NCBI GenBank assembly: GCA_963699155.1
Contig: OY969414.1
Coordinates: forward strand, 2,123,757 to 2,187,756
Length of the DNA: 64,000 bases
Direction of reading: 5' to 3'
Source: an uncultured Chlamydiales bacterium
Lineage (GTDB): Bacteria; Chlamydiota; Chlamydiia; Chlamydiales; JAAKFR01
Of the stretch, positions 23,977-34,773 are shown piece by piece. The position numbers and the translations under genes were made by a program. The stretch's first letter is position 1; each line of letters opens with the position of its first letter. A model generated the notes under the pieces. It saw only the letters and a list, made by a program, of their open reading frames with translations. It searched no databases and had not been told where the DNA came from.

Positions 23977-25230
23977 CTAAAGGATAAAGTAAACTAAAAT
24001 TCCTGCAAAATAGCTCAATAAAGCTATCCAGGAGATATGTTTGACATACCAGATGAAGTCAACTTTTTCTAGTCCCATGAAGGCGACACCTGCTGCAGAG
24101 CCGATCACCAAGATACTCCCGCCTGTGCCGGCCGCATAGGCAATCAAAAGCCAGAGTGAGGAATCGGTCGGATATTGCGATAGATCATACATTCCTATCG
24201 ATGCGGCGACGAGAGGGACATTATCGATCACACTCGAAATCAAACCGATGATGACAGCAACCCATTTAGGATTAGGGAAGAGATGGTGAAGCCAAACGGC
24301 CAGCTCTTTTAAGATTCCTGAGGAGGTGAGGAGATCGATCGCGAGAAGTATCCCTAAGAAGAAGAGGATGCTGGAAGTGTCGATCCTAGTTAAAATGTGG
24401 GCCACACGCAAGTGCCAACGCTCTTCGCCATGTTTGTAATGGATAATATCGGTGATGAGCCAGAGAACGCCAAGACCAAGAAGTGCTCCCAAAAAAGGGG
24501 GGAGACCGACGAGTGCTTTCCAGAAAGGAATGAGGAGCAATGATCCCATCCCCATAAAGAGCACTCTTTTCGCTCCTGGTGCCATCGGCAATTGAAAAGT
24601 GGTCCCCTCCCGAGATTCTTGGTTGCCTTTGATGAAAATTGAGGCCAAGAGACCGGCTACTATTGTACAGGCGAGACTGGGGAGAAAAAGAGTCTGGATC
24701 ACCTTCCACGTCGTGATTCTTTCGTCGATCCAGAGCATCGTGGTGGTCACATCACCAATCGGGGTCCAGGCCCCTCCTGCATTGACTGTGATCACGAGAA
24801 TTGATCCCATCAACCAGCGCTCCTGCTGCTGCGGAATCAACTTCTTCAGGAGCGAAATCATCAGAATCATGGTCGTTAAGTTATCCAGGATTGCTGATAA
24901 AAAGAAGGAGATGCCCACTAAAAACCAGAGCATTTTCCCTTTAGAGGAGCTGTATAGCATATCAGTGATCAACTTGAAACCATGATGGGAGTCGATCAAT
25001 TCCACAATCACCATGGCAGCTAAAAGGAAAAAAATAATCTGCGCGACATCGGAAATTTGCTGAGCCATGTGAATGAGTGAGAAATCTTTGGGCAGAAAGA
25101 CAAAATAGAGGAGCCAAAGAAGAGCACCCATAGAAAGCGCAATGGCCGCTTTATTGATATGTAAAAACTTTTCAAAAATGATCGCTAAATAACCGAGCGA
25201 GAAAATGACAATTAATAAAGTATTTACCAT
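23977..25230 (-). CDS. nhaD: NhaD-family Na+/H+ antiporter (CT857-like)
   Basis: LSAILDNLTT, NAGGAWTPIGDVTTTMLW, DNVPLVAA, GTGGSILVIGSAAGV. Confidence 0.92.
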   Translation of the reverse strand: MVNTLLIVIFSLGYLAIIFEKFLHINKAAIALSMGALLWLLYFVFLPKDFSLIHMAQQISDVAQIIFFLLAAMVIVELIDSHHGFKLITDMLYSSSKGKMLWFLVGISFFLSAILDNLTTMILMISLLKKLIPQQQERWLMGSILVITVNAGGAWTPIGDVTTTMLWIDERITTWKVIQTLFLPSLACTIVAGLLASIFIKGNQESREGTTFQLPMAPGAKRVLFMGMGSLLLIPFWKALVGLPPFLGALLGLGVLWLITDIIHYKHGEERWHLRVAHILTRIDTSSILFFLGILLAIDLLTSSGILKELAVWLHHLFPNPKWVAVIIGLISSVIDNVPLVAASIGMYDLSQYPTDSSLWLLIAYAAGTGGSILVIGSAAGVAFMGLEKVDFIWYVKHISWIALLSYFAGILVYFIL

Positions 25231-25293
25231 CTTGTCGTAATCTAATCGACGAGGGGATTGACATCCATCCGAAAGATCGAAGAAAATGACGAC

Positions 25294-27021
25294 ATGGCAA
25301 AAGCCACTTTTTTTGAACAAGCTAAAACATTCATTCCGAAGTCAATTCAATGTTTGCGTGAAGGCTATTCCTTCCGCTTCTTTCGGAAAGACCTGATCGC
25401 AGGGACGACCGTCGGTGTGATCGCCTTTCCGGCCGCGCTCGCTGTCGCCATCGGTATCAATGTGGCTCCTGAAAGAGCGATTTTTACTGCGGTCATTGCC
25501 GGTTTTCTCATCTCGGCATTAGGCGGCTCTCGCGTCGGCATCGGGGGGCCTACCAGCACCCTGATTGTCATTCTCTATGACATTGTTCTCCGTCATGGCT
25601 TTGAAGGGATGTTGATGGCTACCTTCATGGCAGGCTTTATCTTGATCTTTTTTGGACTGATGGGGCTAGGCACTTACATCAAATATATGCCCTACCCTGT
25701 CGTCACGGGGCTGACGACAGGCATCGCAGTCGTGATCTTCTCTTCCCAATTTAAAGATTTTCTCGGGCTCCAAATGGGAGCTGTGCCGATCGATTTTCTT
25801 TTAAGATGGCAGGCCTATATCCAACATCTCTCCACCTGGAATCCCCAAGCCTTTGCGATCGGTCTTGCCACTCTCCTGATCATGATCTATTTCAGGAGGT
25901 TCAAACCCCACATTCCGGGCCCTCTTGTCGCAATCGTCGTCGTGGCAGGTTTTACCTGGTTTTTCAATCTGGAAGTTGCAACGATCGGCAGCAAATTTGG
26001 CAGCTTGCCTCGCACCCTTCCATCGCCCAGTTTTCCCGCTTTTAGCTTTAGTGAAAGCCTCGATCTTCTACCCGATGCCCTGACAATCGCCATTTTGGCA
26101 GGGATCGAATCACTCCTATGCGCCGTCGTGGCCGAAGGGATGACCGGTTGGAGACACCAATCCAACACCGAATTGGTGGCTCAAGGCCTCGCCAATATTG
26201 GAGCCAGTTTCTTTGGCGGCATTCCTGCCACAGGATCTCTCTCGCGCACGGCAGCCAATGTCAAAGCGGGAGCCACCTCTCCCCTCTCAGGGATCATCCA
26301 CGCCATCGTCGTCTTTTTGATCTTGTTCATCTTTGCCCCTCTGGTCAATCTCATCCCTCTGGCCTGTTTAGCCGCTGTCCTCTTTATGATTGCCTGGGGA
26401 ATGAGTGAGATTCACCATTTCGTCCACCTCTTTTCTGCCCCCAAAAAGGATGTCATCGTTCTCCTCGCCGTATTTGTCCTCACCCTCCTCACAAACATCA
26501 CCGCAGCCGTTCAGATGGGCATGATTTTAGCCGCTTTCCTGTTTATGAAGCAGATGAGCGACCTCTCCGATGTCGTCTCCACGGCTCGCTACTTCGAAGA
26601 GGAAGAGGTAAAAGCTGAACCTGCCTTCCAGGATCCCGATGCCATCAATCGCAAAGAGGTGCCTCCCGAGGTAGAGGTCTATGAAATCAACGGCCCCTTC
26701 TTCTTTGGAGTTGCCGATCGGCTTAAAAATTTGCTCAATGAGCTCGAGCGGCCCCCCAAAATCTTCATCCTGCGGATGCGCCGCGTGCCCACCATCGACG
26801 CCTCAGGCATGCATGCGCTAGAGGAATTCTACCTAGAATGCACCCGCCAGGGATCAATCCTCCTTCTTTCAGGTGTGAAAAGAGGCCCCTTAAGAAGCCT
26901 GAGAAAGTATCACCTGGACGAATTGATCGGCGAGGACCACATCTTTTCCAATATCAACGCCGCCCTCGAATTTTCCCGCGAACTCCTCCGCGTCGAGAAG
27001 TTTAAGCAGGCCCTGCGCTAG
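25294..27021 (+). CDS. SulP/SLC26 anion transporter with STAS domain (YchM/CT856-like)
   Basis: DLIAG, IGGPT, ESLLCA, ELVAQGLAN, GPFFFG, IDASG. Confidence 0.94.
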   Translation: MAKATFFEQAKTFIPKSIQCLREGYSFRFFRKDLIAGTTVGVIAFPAALAVAIGINVAPERAIFTAVIAGFLISALGGSRVGIGGPTSTLIVILYDIVLRHGFEGMLMATFMAGFILIFFGLMGLGTYIKYMPYPVVTGLTTGIAVVIFSSQFKDFLGLQMGAVPIDFLLRWQAYIQHLSTWNPQAFAIGLATLLIMIYFRRFKPHIPGPLVAIVVVAGFTWFFNLEVATIGSKFGSLPRTLPSPSFPAFSFSESLDLLPDALTIAILAGIESLLCAVVAEGMTGWRHQSNTELVAQGLANIGASFFGGIPATGSLSRTAANVKAGATSPLSGIIHAIVVFLILFIFAPLVNLIPLACLAAVLFMIAWGMSEIHHFVHLFSAPKKDVIVLLAVFVLTLLTNITAAVQMGMILAAFLFMKQMSDLSDVVSTARYFEEEEVKAEPAFQDPDAINRKEVPPEVEVYEINGPFFFGVADRLKNLLNELERPPKIFILRMRRVPTIDASGMHALEEFYLECTRQGSILLLSGVKRGPLRSLRKYHLDELIGEDHIFSNINAALEFSRELLRVEKFKQALR

Positions 27022-28745
27022 CGCACCTTCAAGTACTTTTTAACTTGAGCGAGGGCGCGGGTATTGAGGATGTTTTTTTTCTCGAGCCACCCTTTGCGGG
27101 CAACGTTGACACCGGCGATATAGTAGCCAAGATGGGAAGTGCTATGGGCATCGGGATTGATGCTGCAGAGGAGCCCCTTCTCGGCAGCGCGGTGCCAAAG
27201 GCGCCAGTCCATATCGAGCCGGTTGGGAAAGGCATTGAGTTCAATGATCTTTCCATTGGCGATGCAGGCGTCGATCACTTTGGGAAGATTGATCTGGTAG
27301 GGATCGCGGCGCAAAAGAATGCGCCCAGTAATATGCCCGATAAAGGTAGTGTAGGGGTTTTCGACCGCTTTGATGACGCGTGCGGTCATCATTTTCTCTT
27401 CCATCGAAAAGGAGCGATGAACTGAGGCGATGACAAAGTCGAGCTTCTTCAAAATCTCATCGGGAAAATCCATAGAGCCATCGTTCAGTATATCACACTC
27501 TAGACCAGCAAAGAGATGGGCCCGATGTTTTTTCTCCCTATTGATCTTTCTGATCCGCTCGAGCTGATTCAACAGGCGCTCTTCATCCATCCCATTGGCC
27601 TGGTAGCTCGATTTGGAGTGGTCCGAGATGCCCAAATAGTCCCACCCCAACTCATCGGCGGCTTTAGCCATTTCATGGAGGGTATTATGGCCATCTGAAT
27701 CGGTCGTATGGCAGTGAAAGACACCACGAATGTCATGATCCTCAACCAGGTGGGGAAGCTCATTTTTTTCCGCCACCTCGATGACTTGAGACCCCTCACG
27801 CAGTTCAGGAGGGATATAGGCAAGGCCAAGGGCGTGAAAAATCTCCTCCTCCGTTTCACAGTGGCCCACTTTTTTCTTCTTTCCTGGCAGTGGCTTCATC
27901 TCATACTCGTTTAAGGTGAGCCCCTGTTGATTGGCACGTTGACGGATGTGAATATTGAACTCTTTTGACCCTGTAAAGTAGAGCAGCGCATAGGCAAACT
28001 CGCTTTTGGGGATGACTCGCAAATCGGCCTGCACATCGCCCAGAAGGCGGACCGAAGATTTTGTTTTCCCCTTTGCCTGAACAATATCTACTGTAGGTTG
28101 CGTCACGAACCATTCACTGACAGCTTCCGGTCGATCCGAAGCCGCTAAAAAGTCGAGATCACCGACCGTTTCCAGCTTTCTGCGGAAACTGCCAGCCACT
28201 TCGGCCTGCTGCACCACTTTCAGAGCTGACATCTTTTCTAGGAGCGGGAGCGCCAGCTTGCCCGCCTCCCACCAAAGCACCCTTTTTCCATAAGCCTTCA
28301 GCTTCCCAATATTGCGCAGAATATTGGCCTCACTCTTGGGTCCAAAACCTTTAATCGTAGAAAGAAGCCCCTTTTGACAGGCAACAGTGAGATCATCGAT
28401 ACTTTTAATAGGGAGCGTTTCGCAGAGAATTTTGATCCGTTTGGCCCCCAATCCCTGAACCGCCATCAATTCCAGATAGACATCAGGGATCGATTTCTTC
28501 AACTTCTCATAGTAGGGAAGCCGCCCTTTCACAACGAGCGTTTCGATTTTCTCGGCAATGTGCTCACCGATCCCTGGAACCTCTTTCAGCCTATTTTCAG
28601 CCACCAAAAGTTCCAGATCTTCATCGATATCCTCCAGTGAACGCGCTGCCACCTCATAAGCGCGCACCTTAAACGGATTCTCCGCCTGAAAGGCCAATAA
28701 AGTGGCAATTTCTTCCAGGATCCTGGCAACATCATGCTTGTCCAT
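27018..28745 (-). CDS. polX: DNA polymerase X with PHP domain
   Basis: ENPFKVRAY, AGSFRR, GDLD, YFTGSK, HCHT..SDG, SDHS, NPDAH. Confidence 0.95.
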   Translation of the reverse strand: MDKHDVARILEEIATLLAFQAENPFKVRAYEVAARSLEDIDEDLELLVAENRLKEVPGIGEHIAEKIETLVVKGRLPYYEKLKKSIPDVYLELMAVQGLGAKRIKILCETLPIKSIDDLTVACQKGLLSTIKGFGPKSEANILRNIGKLKAYGKRVLWWEAGKLALPLLEKMSALKVVQQAEVAGSFRRKLETVGDLDFLAASDRPEAVSEWFVTQPTVDIVQAKGKTKSSVRLLGDVQADLRVIPKSEFAYALLYFTGSKEFNIHIRQRANQQGLTLNEYEMKPLPGKKKKVGHCETEEEIFHALGLAYIPPELREGSQVIEVAEKNELPHLVEDHDIRGVFHCHTTDSDGHNTLHEMAKAADELGWDYLGISDHSKSSYQANGMDEERLLNQLERIRKINREKKHRAHLFAGLECDILNDGSMDFPDEILKKLDFVIASVHRSFSMEEKMMTARVIKAVENPYTTFIGHITGRILLRRDPYQINLPKVIDACIANGKIIELNAFPNRLDMDWRLWHRAAEKGLLCSINPDAHSTSHLGYYIAGVNVARKGWLEKKNILNTRALAQVKKYLKVR

Positions 28746-28801
28746 AGAGTTCTCAATATAATCTTTCCCTGGATTGAGGAAAGATTTTTCTTAAACTTTC
28801 C

Positions 28802-29227
28802 TTGAAAGAAGGAAAGTATTATAATATATTTATAGCTCAACCGGTTGGACCTCATTTTTTATCCATTCCAGAAACCTACCCTCCTTCGGAGCGGAAACAG
28901 GATGTTGCATGGATCTCTGCCTTTGCAGTGACCATGATTATCGGGTTAATCGTTATGATGGCAGCTGTGCTGATCAGATATCAGATCATTCCCTCAACTC
29001 ATTCGCCATCTCTTTATCAAGCATTGCTGATTGGGGGCGGGGGTATGGCGATCGGCGGCGCTATCGGCTTGGTGGCCTACATCATAAGGATGAAGCAGAA
29101 CCCCTGCTGTAGCACCGATGAGACCTCTGAAATGACGGATTCGGGGACTTTTAAGGTAACCCATAGAGATTGCTTTTGCCGTCTTACCGACCATTTTTGT
29201 CGACTTACTCGCCGCGAGAGAGTGTAA
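28802..29227 (+). CDS. Inc-like hypothetical protein; start uncertain
   Basis: Two adjacent hydrophobic helices. Confidence 0.45.
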   Translation: MKEGKYYNIFIAQPVGPHFLSIPETYPPSERKQDVAWISAFAVTMIIGLIVMMAAVLIRYQIIPSTHSPSLYQALLIGGGGMAIGGAIGLVAYIIRMKQNPCCSTDETSEMTDSGTFKVTHRDCFCRLTDHFCRLTRRERV

Positions 29228-31982
29228 TTCTGCGCAAAACATAGGGCATGATGCCGCCATTTTGGTAGTAGGTGGCTTCGATGGGGGTGTCGATGCGGAT
29301 GAGGAGTTTGGTTTCGACTTTCTGGGAGTTGCTCTCGATCTGGAGCTGGAGGGTTTGTTGGGGGGCAATGGTGCCGGTGAGTGTGAACTGCTCACTGCCC
29401 TCGATGCCGAGTGATTCATAGCTCTCGCCGTTGGTAAATTCGAGGGGGAGGACCCCCATGCCTATGAGATTGCTCCGGTGGATCCTTTCGAAGCTTTGAG
29501 CGACGACGGCGCGGACACCCATGAGGAGAGTTCCCTTGGCAGCCCAGTCGCGTGAACTTCCCATTCCATAATCTTTTCCTGCAAAGAGAATGAGAGGAAT
29601 CTTGCGTTCCGCATAGATTTGGCTTGCTTCAAAGATCGTGGTTAATTTGCCCTCTGGCATAAGCTTGGTAAAGCCTCCCTCTTTGCCCTCAGCCATTCTG
29701 TTTTTGATCCGGACATTGGCAAAGGTGCCACGCATCATGACATGGTGGTTGCCCCGGCGGCTGCCATAGCTGTTGAATTGATCTTCGGGGACGCCAAGAG
29801 AAAGAAGATAGCGTCCAGCCGGTGAATCGGGCTTGAACGCCCCCGCAGGCGAGATGTGATCGGTCGTCACCGAATCACCGAATAGGGCCAGACAGCGCAT
29901 CTTTTTCAATTCGGCTGTTTGATTTATCTGGAAGTAGGGGGGCTCTTGGATATAGCTGCTTTCGGGATCCCACTGGTAGTCCGCCCCAGACGAGGTCTCA
30001 ACCTCATCCCACATCAGACTATCTTGAAGGATGTGCGCATACCTCTTTCGGAACATTTCTGGCTGAATGTGGGCGGCGATCTCCTTTTGAATCTCATCAG
30101 AAGAGGGCCAGATATCGCGGAGAAAAACGGGCTTGCCCGATCGATCTTTTCCCAATGGCTCTTTCTCGAAATCGATATCGATTTTACCTGCGATAGCATA
30201 GGCGATGACAAGCGGAGGTGACATCAGAAAGTTGGCCTTCACCGCACTGTGGATACGTGCTTCGAAGTTGCGATTTCCACTCAAGACACTAGCGACGACC
30301 AGATCATGCTCTTTGACCACCTTTTCGATCGTCTCATCGAGCGGACCGCTATTTCCGATGCAGGTAGTACAGCCATAACCGACGAGTTGAAAGCCGAGCT
30401 TATCGAGAAAATTATCGAGACCCGACTTATGAAGATATTCGGTGACGACTCGAGAGCCTGGTGCGAAACTTGTTTTGACAAACGGATTCGCTTTCAGCCC
30501 CTTCTCCACCGCTTTTTTAGCCAAAAGGCCCGCACCCATCAAGACAAAGGGGTTACTCGTATTGGTGCAGCTCGTGATGGCGGCGATGACGATCGAGCCA
30601 TGTGTCAAATAACCCTTTCCAGGATGTTCTTTGGAGTAGCCAGGTTCAGAAACGGCCTGTGTGATGGGGCGATTTTCGACCATCTCCTCTTCGCTCCAGA
30701 TCGCCCCTGGTGTCTCCACTTCGATCCCTCCCGTTTCATGGTGCAGCTTTGCTGTAAAGGTACCATCCGAATGGACAAAGACCTGAGGAAACGATCCCAC
30801 ACCATAGCCTCCCGCGAGAATAGGCTCTTTCAACAGCTGAAGGAATTTTCCCTTGATCTCTCCCATCGAGATCCGATCTTGAGGCCGTTTTGGCCCCGAA
30901 ACGCAGGGCACCACCTGGCTTAAATCGAGCTCGATCACTTGTGTATAGTCGATCTCCCCTGCATCGGGTACTCCAAAGAGCTTTTGCGCTGTCAGATACT
31001 CCTGAATCAGTTTGATCTGTTCTTCTCTTCTTCCTGTCATTTTCAGGTAGTCAAGCGTCTTCTGATCGATCGGGAAAAAGCCCATCGTCGCCCCATATTC
31101 GGGGGCCATATTGGCAATCGTGGCACGATCGGCGACGGAGAGCGAAGAGACGCCTTTGCCAAAAAATTCGACAAACTTATTCACCACCCCGACTTTGCGC
31201 AAGATCTGAGTGACATGGAGTGTCAGATCGGTCGCCGTTACCCCTTCACGCAACTCCCCCTTCATATGGAAACCGACAACCTCTGGAATCGGGATCGTGA
31301 CAGGCTGCCCCAGCATCGCCGCTTGCGCCTCGATGCCACCAACGCCCCACCCGACCACGCCGAGCCCATTGACCATCGTCGTGTGCGAATCGGTACCGAC
31401 CAGTGTGTCAAAGAAGAGGAGCTGATCCTTTTCTGAAACTACAGAGGCGAGGAACTCCAGGTTGACCTGGTGGCAGATCCCAATCCCTGGTGGAACAACG
31501 CGAAAAGTTTTAAAGGCCTGCTCACCCCATTTGAGGAAGGCATAGCGCTCCTGATTGCGCTCAAACTCGAGCTGCAAATTGAAGAGAAAGGCATCCTCCG
31601 TGCCAGCCCGATCGACCTGGACTGAGTGGTCGACCACCAGATCGACAGGAACCTCCGGCTCGATGAGAGCTGGATCAAACCCTTGCGCTTGCGCGCGCCC
31701 TCGCATCGCCGCCAGATCGACAATCAAAGGAACCCCTGTAAAATCTTGCAATAGGACCCGCGACACGACAAAAGGGATCTCTCCCCTCTCCTTCCCCCAG
31801 CGCACCAGCCGATGGATATCCTCTTCTTTCACCCGCTCCCCGTCACAGTGACGCAAAAGCGACTCTAAAATAATACGGATCGAGACAGGAAGCCGCCGGA
31901 TCCTCTCTTGCCCCTCCAATGCACTCAACGAATAAAAAAATTTCTTTCCTAATTTCTGTAAGGTCCCCATTGTGTTTCTCAT
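29205..31982 (-). CDS. acnA: Aconitate hydratase A
   Basis: QDFTGVP, DHSVQVD, GTDSHT, ITSCTNTSNP, GCTTCIGNSG, TTDHISPAG, GSSRDWAAKG. Confidence 0.98.
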   Translation of the reverse strand: MRNTMGTLQKLGKKFFYSLSALEGQERIRRLPVSIRIILESLLRHCDGERVKEEDIHRLVRWGKERGEIPFVVSRVLLQDFTGVPLIVDLAAMRGRAQAQGFDPALIEPEVPVDLVVDHSVQVDRAGTEDAFLFNLQLEFERNQERYAFLKWGEQAFKTFRVVPPGIGICHQVNLEFLASVVSEKDQLLFFDTLVGTDSHTTMVNGLGVVGWGVGGIEAQAAMLGQPVTIPIPEVVGFHMKGELREGVTATDLTLHVTQILRKVGVVNKFVEFFGKGVSSLSVADRATIANMAPEYGATMGFFPIDQKTLDYLKMTGRREEQIKLIQEYLTAQKLFGVPDAGEIDYTQVIELDLSQVVPCVSGPKRPQDRISMGEIKGKFLQLLKEPILAGGYGVGSFPQVFVHSDGTFTAKLHHETGGIEVETPGAIWSEEEMVENRPITQAVSEPGYSKEHPGKGYLTHGSIVIAAITSCTNTSNPFVLMGAGLLAKKAVEKGLKANPFVKTSFAPGSRVVTEYLHKSGLDNFLDKLGFQLVGYGCTTCIGNSGPLDETIEKVVKEHDLVVASVLSGNRNFEARIHSAVKANFLMSPPLVIAYAIAGKIDIDFEKEPLGKDRSGKPVFLRDIWPSSDEIQKEIAAHIQPEMFRKRYAHILQDSLMWDEVETSSGADYQWDPESSYIQEPPYFQINQTAELKKMRCLALFGDSVTTDHISPAGAFKPDSPAGRYLLSLGVPEDQFNSYGSRRGNHHVMMRGTFANVRIKNRMAEGKEGGFTKLMPEGKLTTIFEASQIYAERKIPLILFAGKDYGMGSSRDWAAKGTLLMGVRAVVAQSFERIHRSNLIGMGVLPLEFTNGESYESLGIEGSEQFTLTGTIAPQQTLQLQIESNSQKVETKLLIRIDTPIEATYYQNGGIMPYVLRRITLSRGE

Positions 31983-32068
31983 AATCGCACTCCTGATGGG
32001 GAAGATAGGGCACCTGAATCAAATAATCTACTATTTTTAAATTGATCGATTCTTTAAAATAGAGGGGT

Positions 32069-33319
32069 ATGCCGGTAGAAGCTATCACTCTTAACTTTCC
32101 TTGTTGTCACTTTCCAGAGAATCTTGACGAAACTCCCTCCTCAAAAGCGATCCGCATCACAATGATCGTTGCAGGGACCATTGCCCTTCTGACCGGCGTG
32201 CTAGCCCTCTGCGGTGTTCCTGGACTCAATGTTCTTGGTAAGGTGGGAGGTGGCTCTCTGATCGCCTTAGGCGCCCTCGCCATTTTACCTGCCGCCGTCT
32301 TCAAAAAGGTCTATCGCATCGCGCACTTTCCCGCGACGGGGCAGAACCACCCCAATCCACTCTTCTATCTACGAGATTTTGCAAAATCCAAAGAGCCAGA
32401 CAATGCCGCTCTACAGGAGCGCCTCAAGCAAGAGCTTCATATCACAGATCTCGCCGCGAGACTCGAAGAGAATGGTATCCCTGAAAATCAGATGATCATG
32501 TTTATGCTCCCTCTCCAATTTGACCCACACAATGGGGCGCGCAACGAAGATGTAGTCTTTGAAGGGGCAAAATTGGTTTACATGACGCGCCAGGAAATTC
32601 TTGACCTTCCTCTTGCCACTCTCGAAACCTTCGATGATCGCCAACTCAACCTTGTCTATGGCCGTCTCTTTTTCATGAAGAAGTTTTCTGCACCGACAAC
32701 AACAGCAGAAGGCACACTGGGAGCACTCTTAACTGAAACACAATTGCTTCCCCTTTCACCGCGCCTCTATCTCTTCCTCTCTGCAAATCAGCTAGGCTTT
32801 TTAATTCAAAATTTGCCCGTGACTCCAAAGTTTGTCGCTGATTTATTTCCTCTACACCCTTCTCAATACCATCTCTCCTGGATTGGAACGCGCACTGCAC
32901 ATCGGATCCAAGAGCTCCACATCACTCCCCTGACTGCTATCCTTCCTCAGATCCGCGATAGCAACCTTTTATTGGAAATTTGTGACTATAGAGGCATAGA
33001 GATCAATACCTCATTGGTTTCTGACGAGCAGTTGAAAATTCTGTTTACCTCCTTGGATGCCTACCATTTCAAAAAAATCCCTCTTGCTCTTTTGAACCGC
33101 TATCTTCCCCATCTTTCCGATAAACAACTCAAAAAAATTGATGTGGATCTCCTTCCCATTCTCGATTACCAACCCCTGAGCCCTGAAAAGGTCCGGGCGA
33201 TTTTCGATGATTCCAGCCATCACATGACAGCCAACCGTCTAGGCAAGCTCCCGATCCCGGTCTTAAACACCATTCGATCCAAACTCACCCCAGAACACCT
33301 TAAACTGCTGGATGCTTAA
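32069..33319 (+). CDS. Inc-like protein with Leu-rich helical repeats (paralog 1)
   Basis: Bilobed N-terminal hydrophobic domain; LSxxQL-type repeats; alignable with the next gene. Confidence 0.65.
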   Translation: MPVEAITLNFPCCHFPENLDETPSSKAIRITMIVAGTIALLTGVLALCGVPGLNVLGKVGGGSLIALGALAILPAAVFKKVYRIAHFPATGQNHPNPLFYLRDFAKSKEPDNAALQERLKQELHITDLAARLEENGIPENQMIMFMLPLQFDPHNGARNEDVVFEGAKLVYMTRQEILDLPLATLETFDDRQLNLVYGRLFFMKKFSAPTTTAEGTLGALLTETQLLPLSPRLYLFLSANQLGFLIQNLPVTPKFVADLFPLHPSQYHLSWIGTRTAHRIQELHITPLTAILPQIRDSNLLLEICDYRGIEINTSLVSDEQLKILFTSLDAYHFKKIPLALLNRYLPHLSDKQLKKIDVDLLPILDYQPLSPEKVRAIFDDSSHHMTANRLGKLPIPVLNTIRSKLTPEHLKLLDA

Positions 33320-33322
33320 GTT

Positions 33323-34747
33323 ATGCCAGTAGAGTCCCTCGCCTGTGCCCTTCCTTGTTGTCACAATCTTGGTGATCTCGATGAGACTCCCTTCTCAAAA
33401 GGGAGCCGAATTACCCTGATCGCTACAGGGACCATCGCCCTTCTGGCGGGTGTGTTGGCACTCGCTGGTGTTCCTGGACTCAATGTTCTAGGTAAAGCCG
33501 GGGGTGGCTCTTGTATTGGTTTCGGAGTTCTTATACTGATACCTCCCATGCTCATCAAAAAGGTCTATCGCATTACCCATAACACCAGCACGGGCATAGG
33601 TCATAAGAATCCTCTGGTTTTTCCTGAAGACATTCTCAAATCAGAAGAGTCCGATGACAAGGCGCTGCGAGACCGGATTCAAAGAGAGCTTCAGATAGAT
33701 GATCTCGATGCGAGGGTGAGGGAGAATGGCATCTCCAACAGTCTGATTTTATTCACACTCCCACTGGATTTTGATGGGCGTGGACAACGCAACGAAGAAT
33801 CCGCTTACCAAGGTCTGAGGCTGTTCTATCTCACGAATCAGGAGATTCTCGATCTTCCCCTAGCGACGCTCGTTACTTATAACGACCGGATGCGCAATCT
33901 GGTGTCGGGCCGCCTCTCCGAAATGGGAGGTTTTACTGGATCCCTTCAAGAAGAGAGTTTAGGAGCTCTATTAAAATATGAAGGTGACAAGCTGCTCAAG
34001 CTTCCCCAGTGCCACTATCTCTATCTCTCCACAGAACAGCTGACCTATTTGATCCCTAGGTTGACACTTGATGAGGCGGTGGTGGACGCTCTCTTTCCTG
34101 ACTTTGATCAGAACGATCATCTCTCTTGGATAGGGATCCGCACCTCACACCGCATCAAGGAAGTCGAGATTCCGCTCTTGAATTCCATCCTCCCCTTTGT
34201 CAATGGGCGAATCCTCCTTCATAAAATCCTAGAACATCGCGGAAAGGAGATCGATTGCCACCAGGTCTCTGACCAGCAGTTGGAGCAGCTATTCTCCTCG
34301 TGGGTTTTCGGAGATTTCTTTTTTGAGCTCGCATGCGAAAAAGTACCGATTCCTCTGCTCAACCGCTACCTCCATAGGCTCACAGGTGAGCAGTTCAAGA
34401 AAATCCGTAAGGCTCGACTTTCTCTCCTCGACTTAAGCCAATTGAGCCCAGAGAAGGTGAAGGAGTTCTTCCACGAAGATAACTCTATCTTTAAAGACCG
34501 GACAAAGCGGCAACTGGATCATCTATCCATCACTGCACTCAATAGCATCCTCACGAGGCTTCATCCCGATGATCTCGAACTCATTCCAGATGCGCATCTT
34601 GCTGATGCCCTTCTGGACTTGAGGCCACTCAGTGAAGATCTAGTGAATAAGATGTTCCCAAAAGGGGGATTTTTCACCCAAAGCAAGTTAAAGCTGCTGA
34701 AGCCTCATGTCCTTGCACAAATCCGTTCGAAGCTCCCTGCTGAGTAG
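33323..34747 (+). CDS. Inc-like protein with Leu-rich helical repeats (paralog 2)
   Basis: Shares MPVE..PCCH..LDETP, GVPGLNVLGK, QEILDLPLATL and HLSWIG with paralog 1. Confidence 0.65.
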   Translation: MPVESLACALPCCHNLGDLDETPFSKGSRITLIATGTIALLAGVLALAGVPGLNVLGKAGGGSCIGFGVLILIPPMLIKKVYRITHNTSTGIGHKNPLVFPEDILKSEESDDKALRDRIQRELQIDDLDARVRENGISNSLILFTLPLDFDGRGQRNEESAYQGLRLFYLTNQEILDLPLATLVTYNDRMRNLVSGRLSEMGGFTGSLQEESLGALLKYEGDKLLKLPQCHYLYLSTEQLTYLIPRLTLDEAVVDALFPDFDQNDHLSWIGIRTSHRIKEVEIPLLNSILPFVNGRILLHKILEHRGKEIDCHQVSDQQLEQLFSSWVFGDFFFELACEKVPIPLLNRYLHRLTGEQFKKIRKARLSLLDLSQLSPEKVKEFFHEDNSIFKDRTKRQLDHLSITALNSILTRLHPDDLELIPDAHLADALLDLRPLSEDLVNKMFPKGGFFTQSKLKLLKPHVLAQIRSKLPAE

Positions 34748-34773
34748 CTGCGCTATTTGTAACTTAACTCTGG

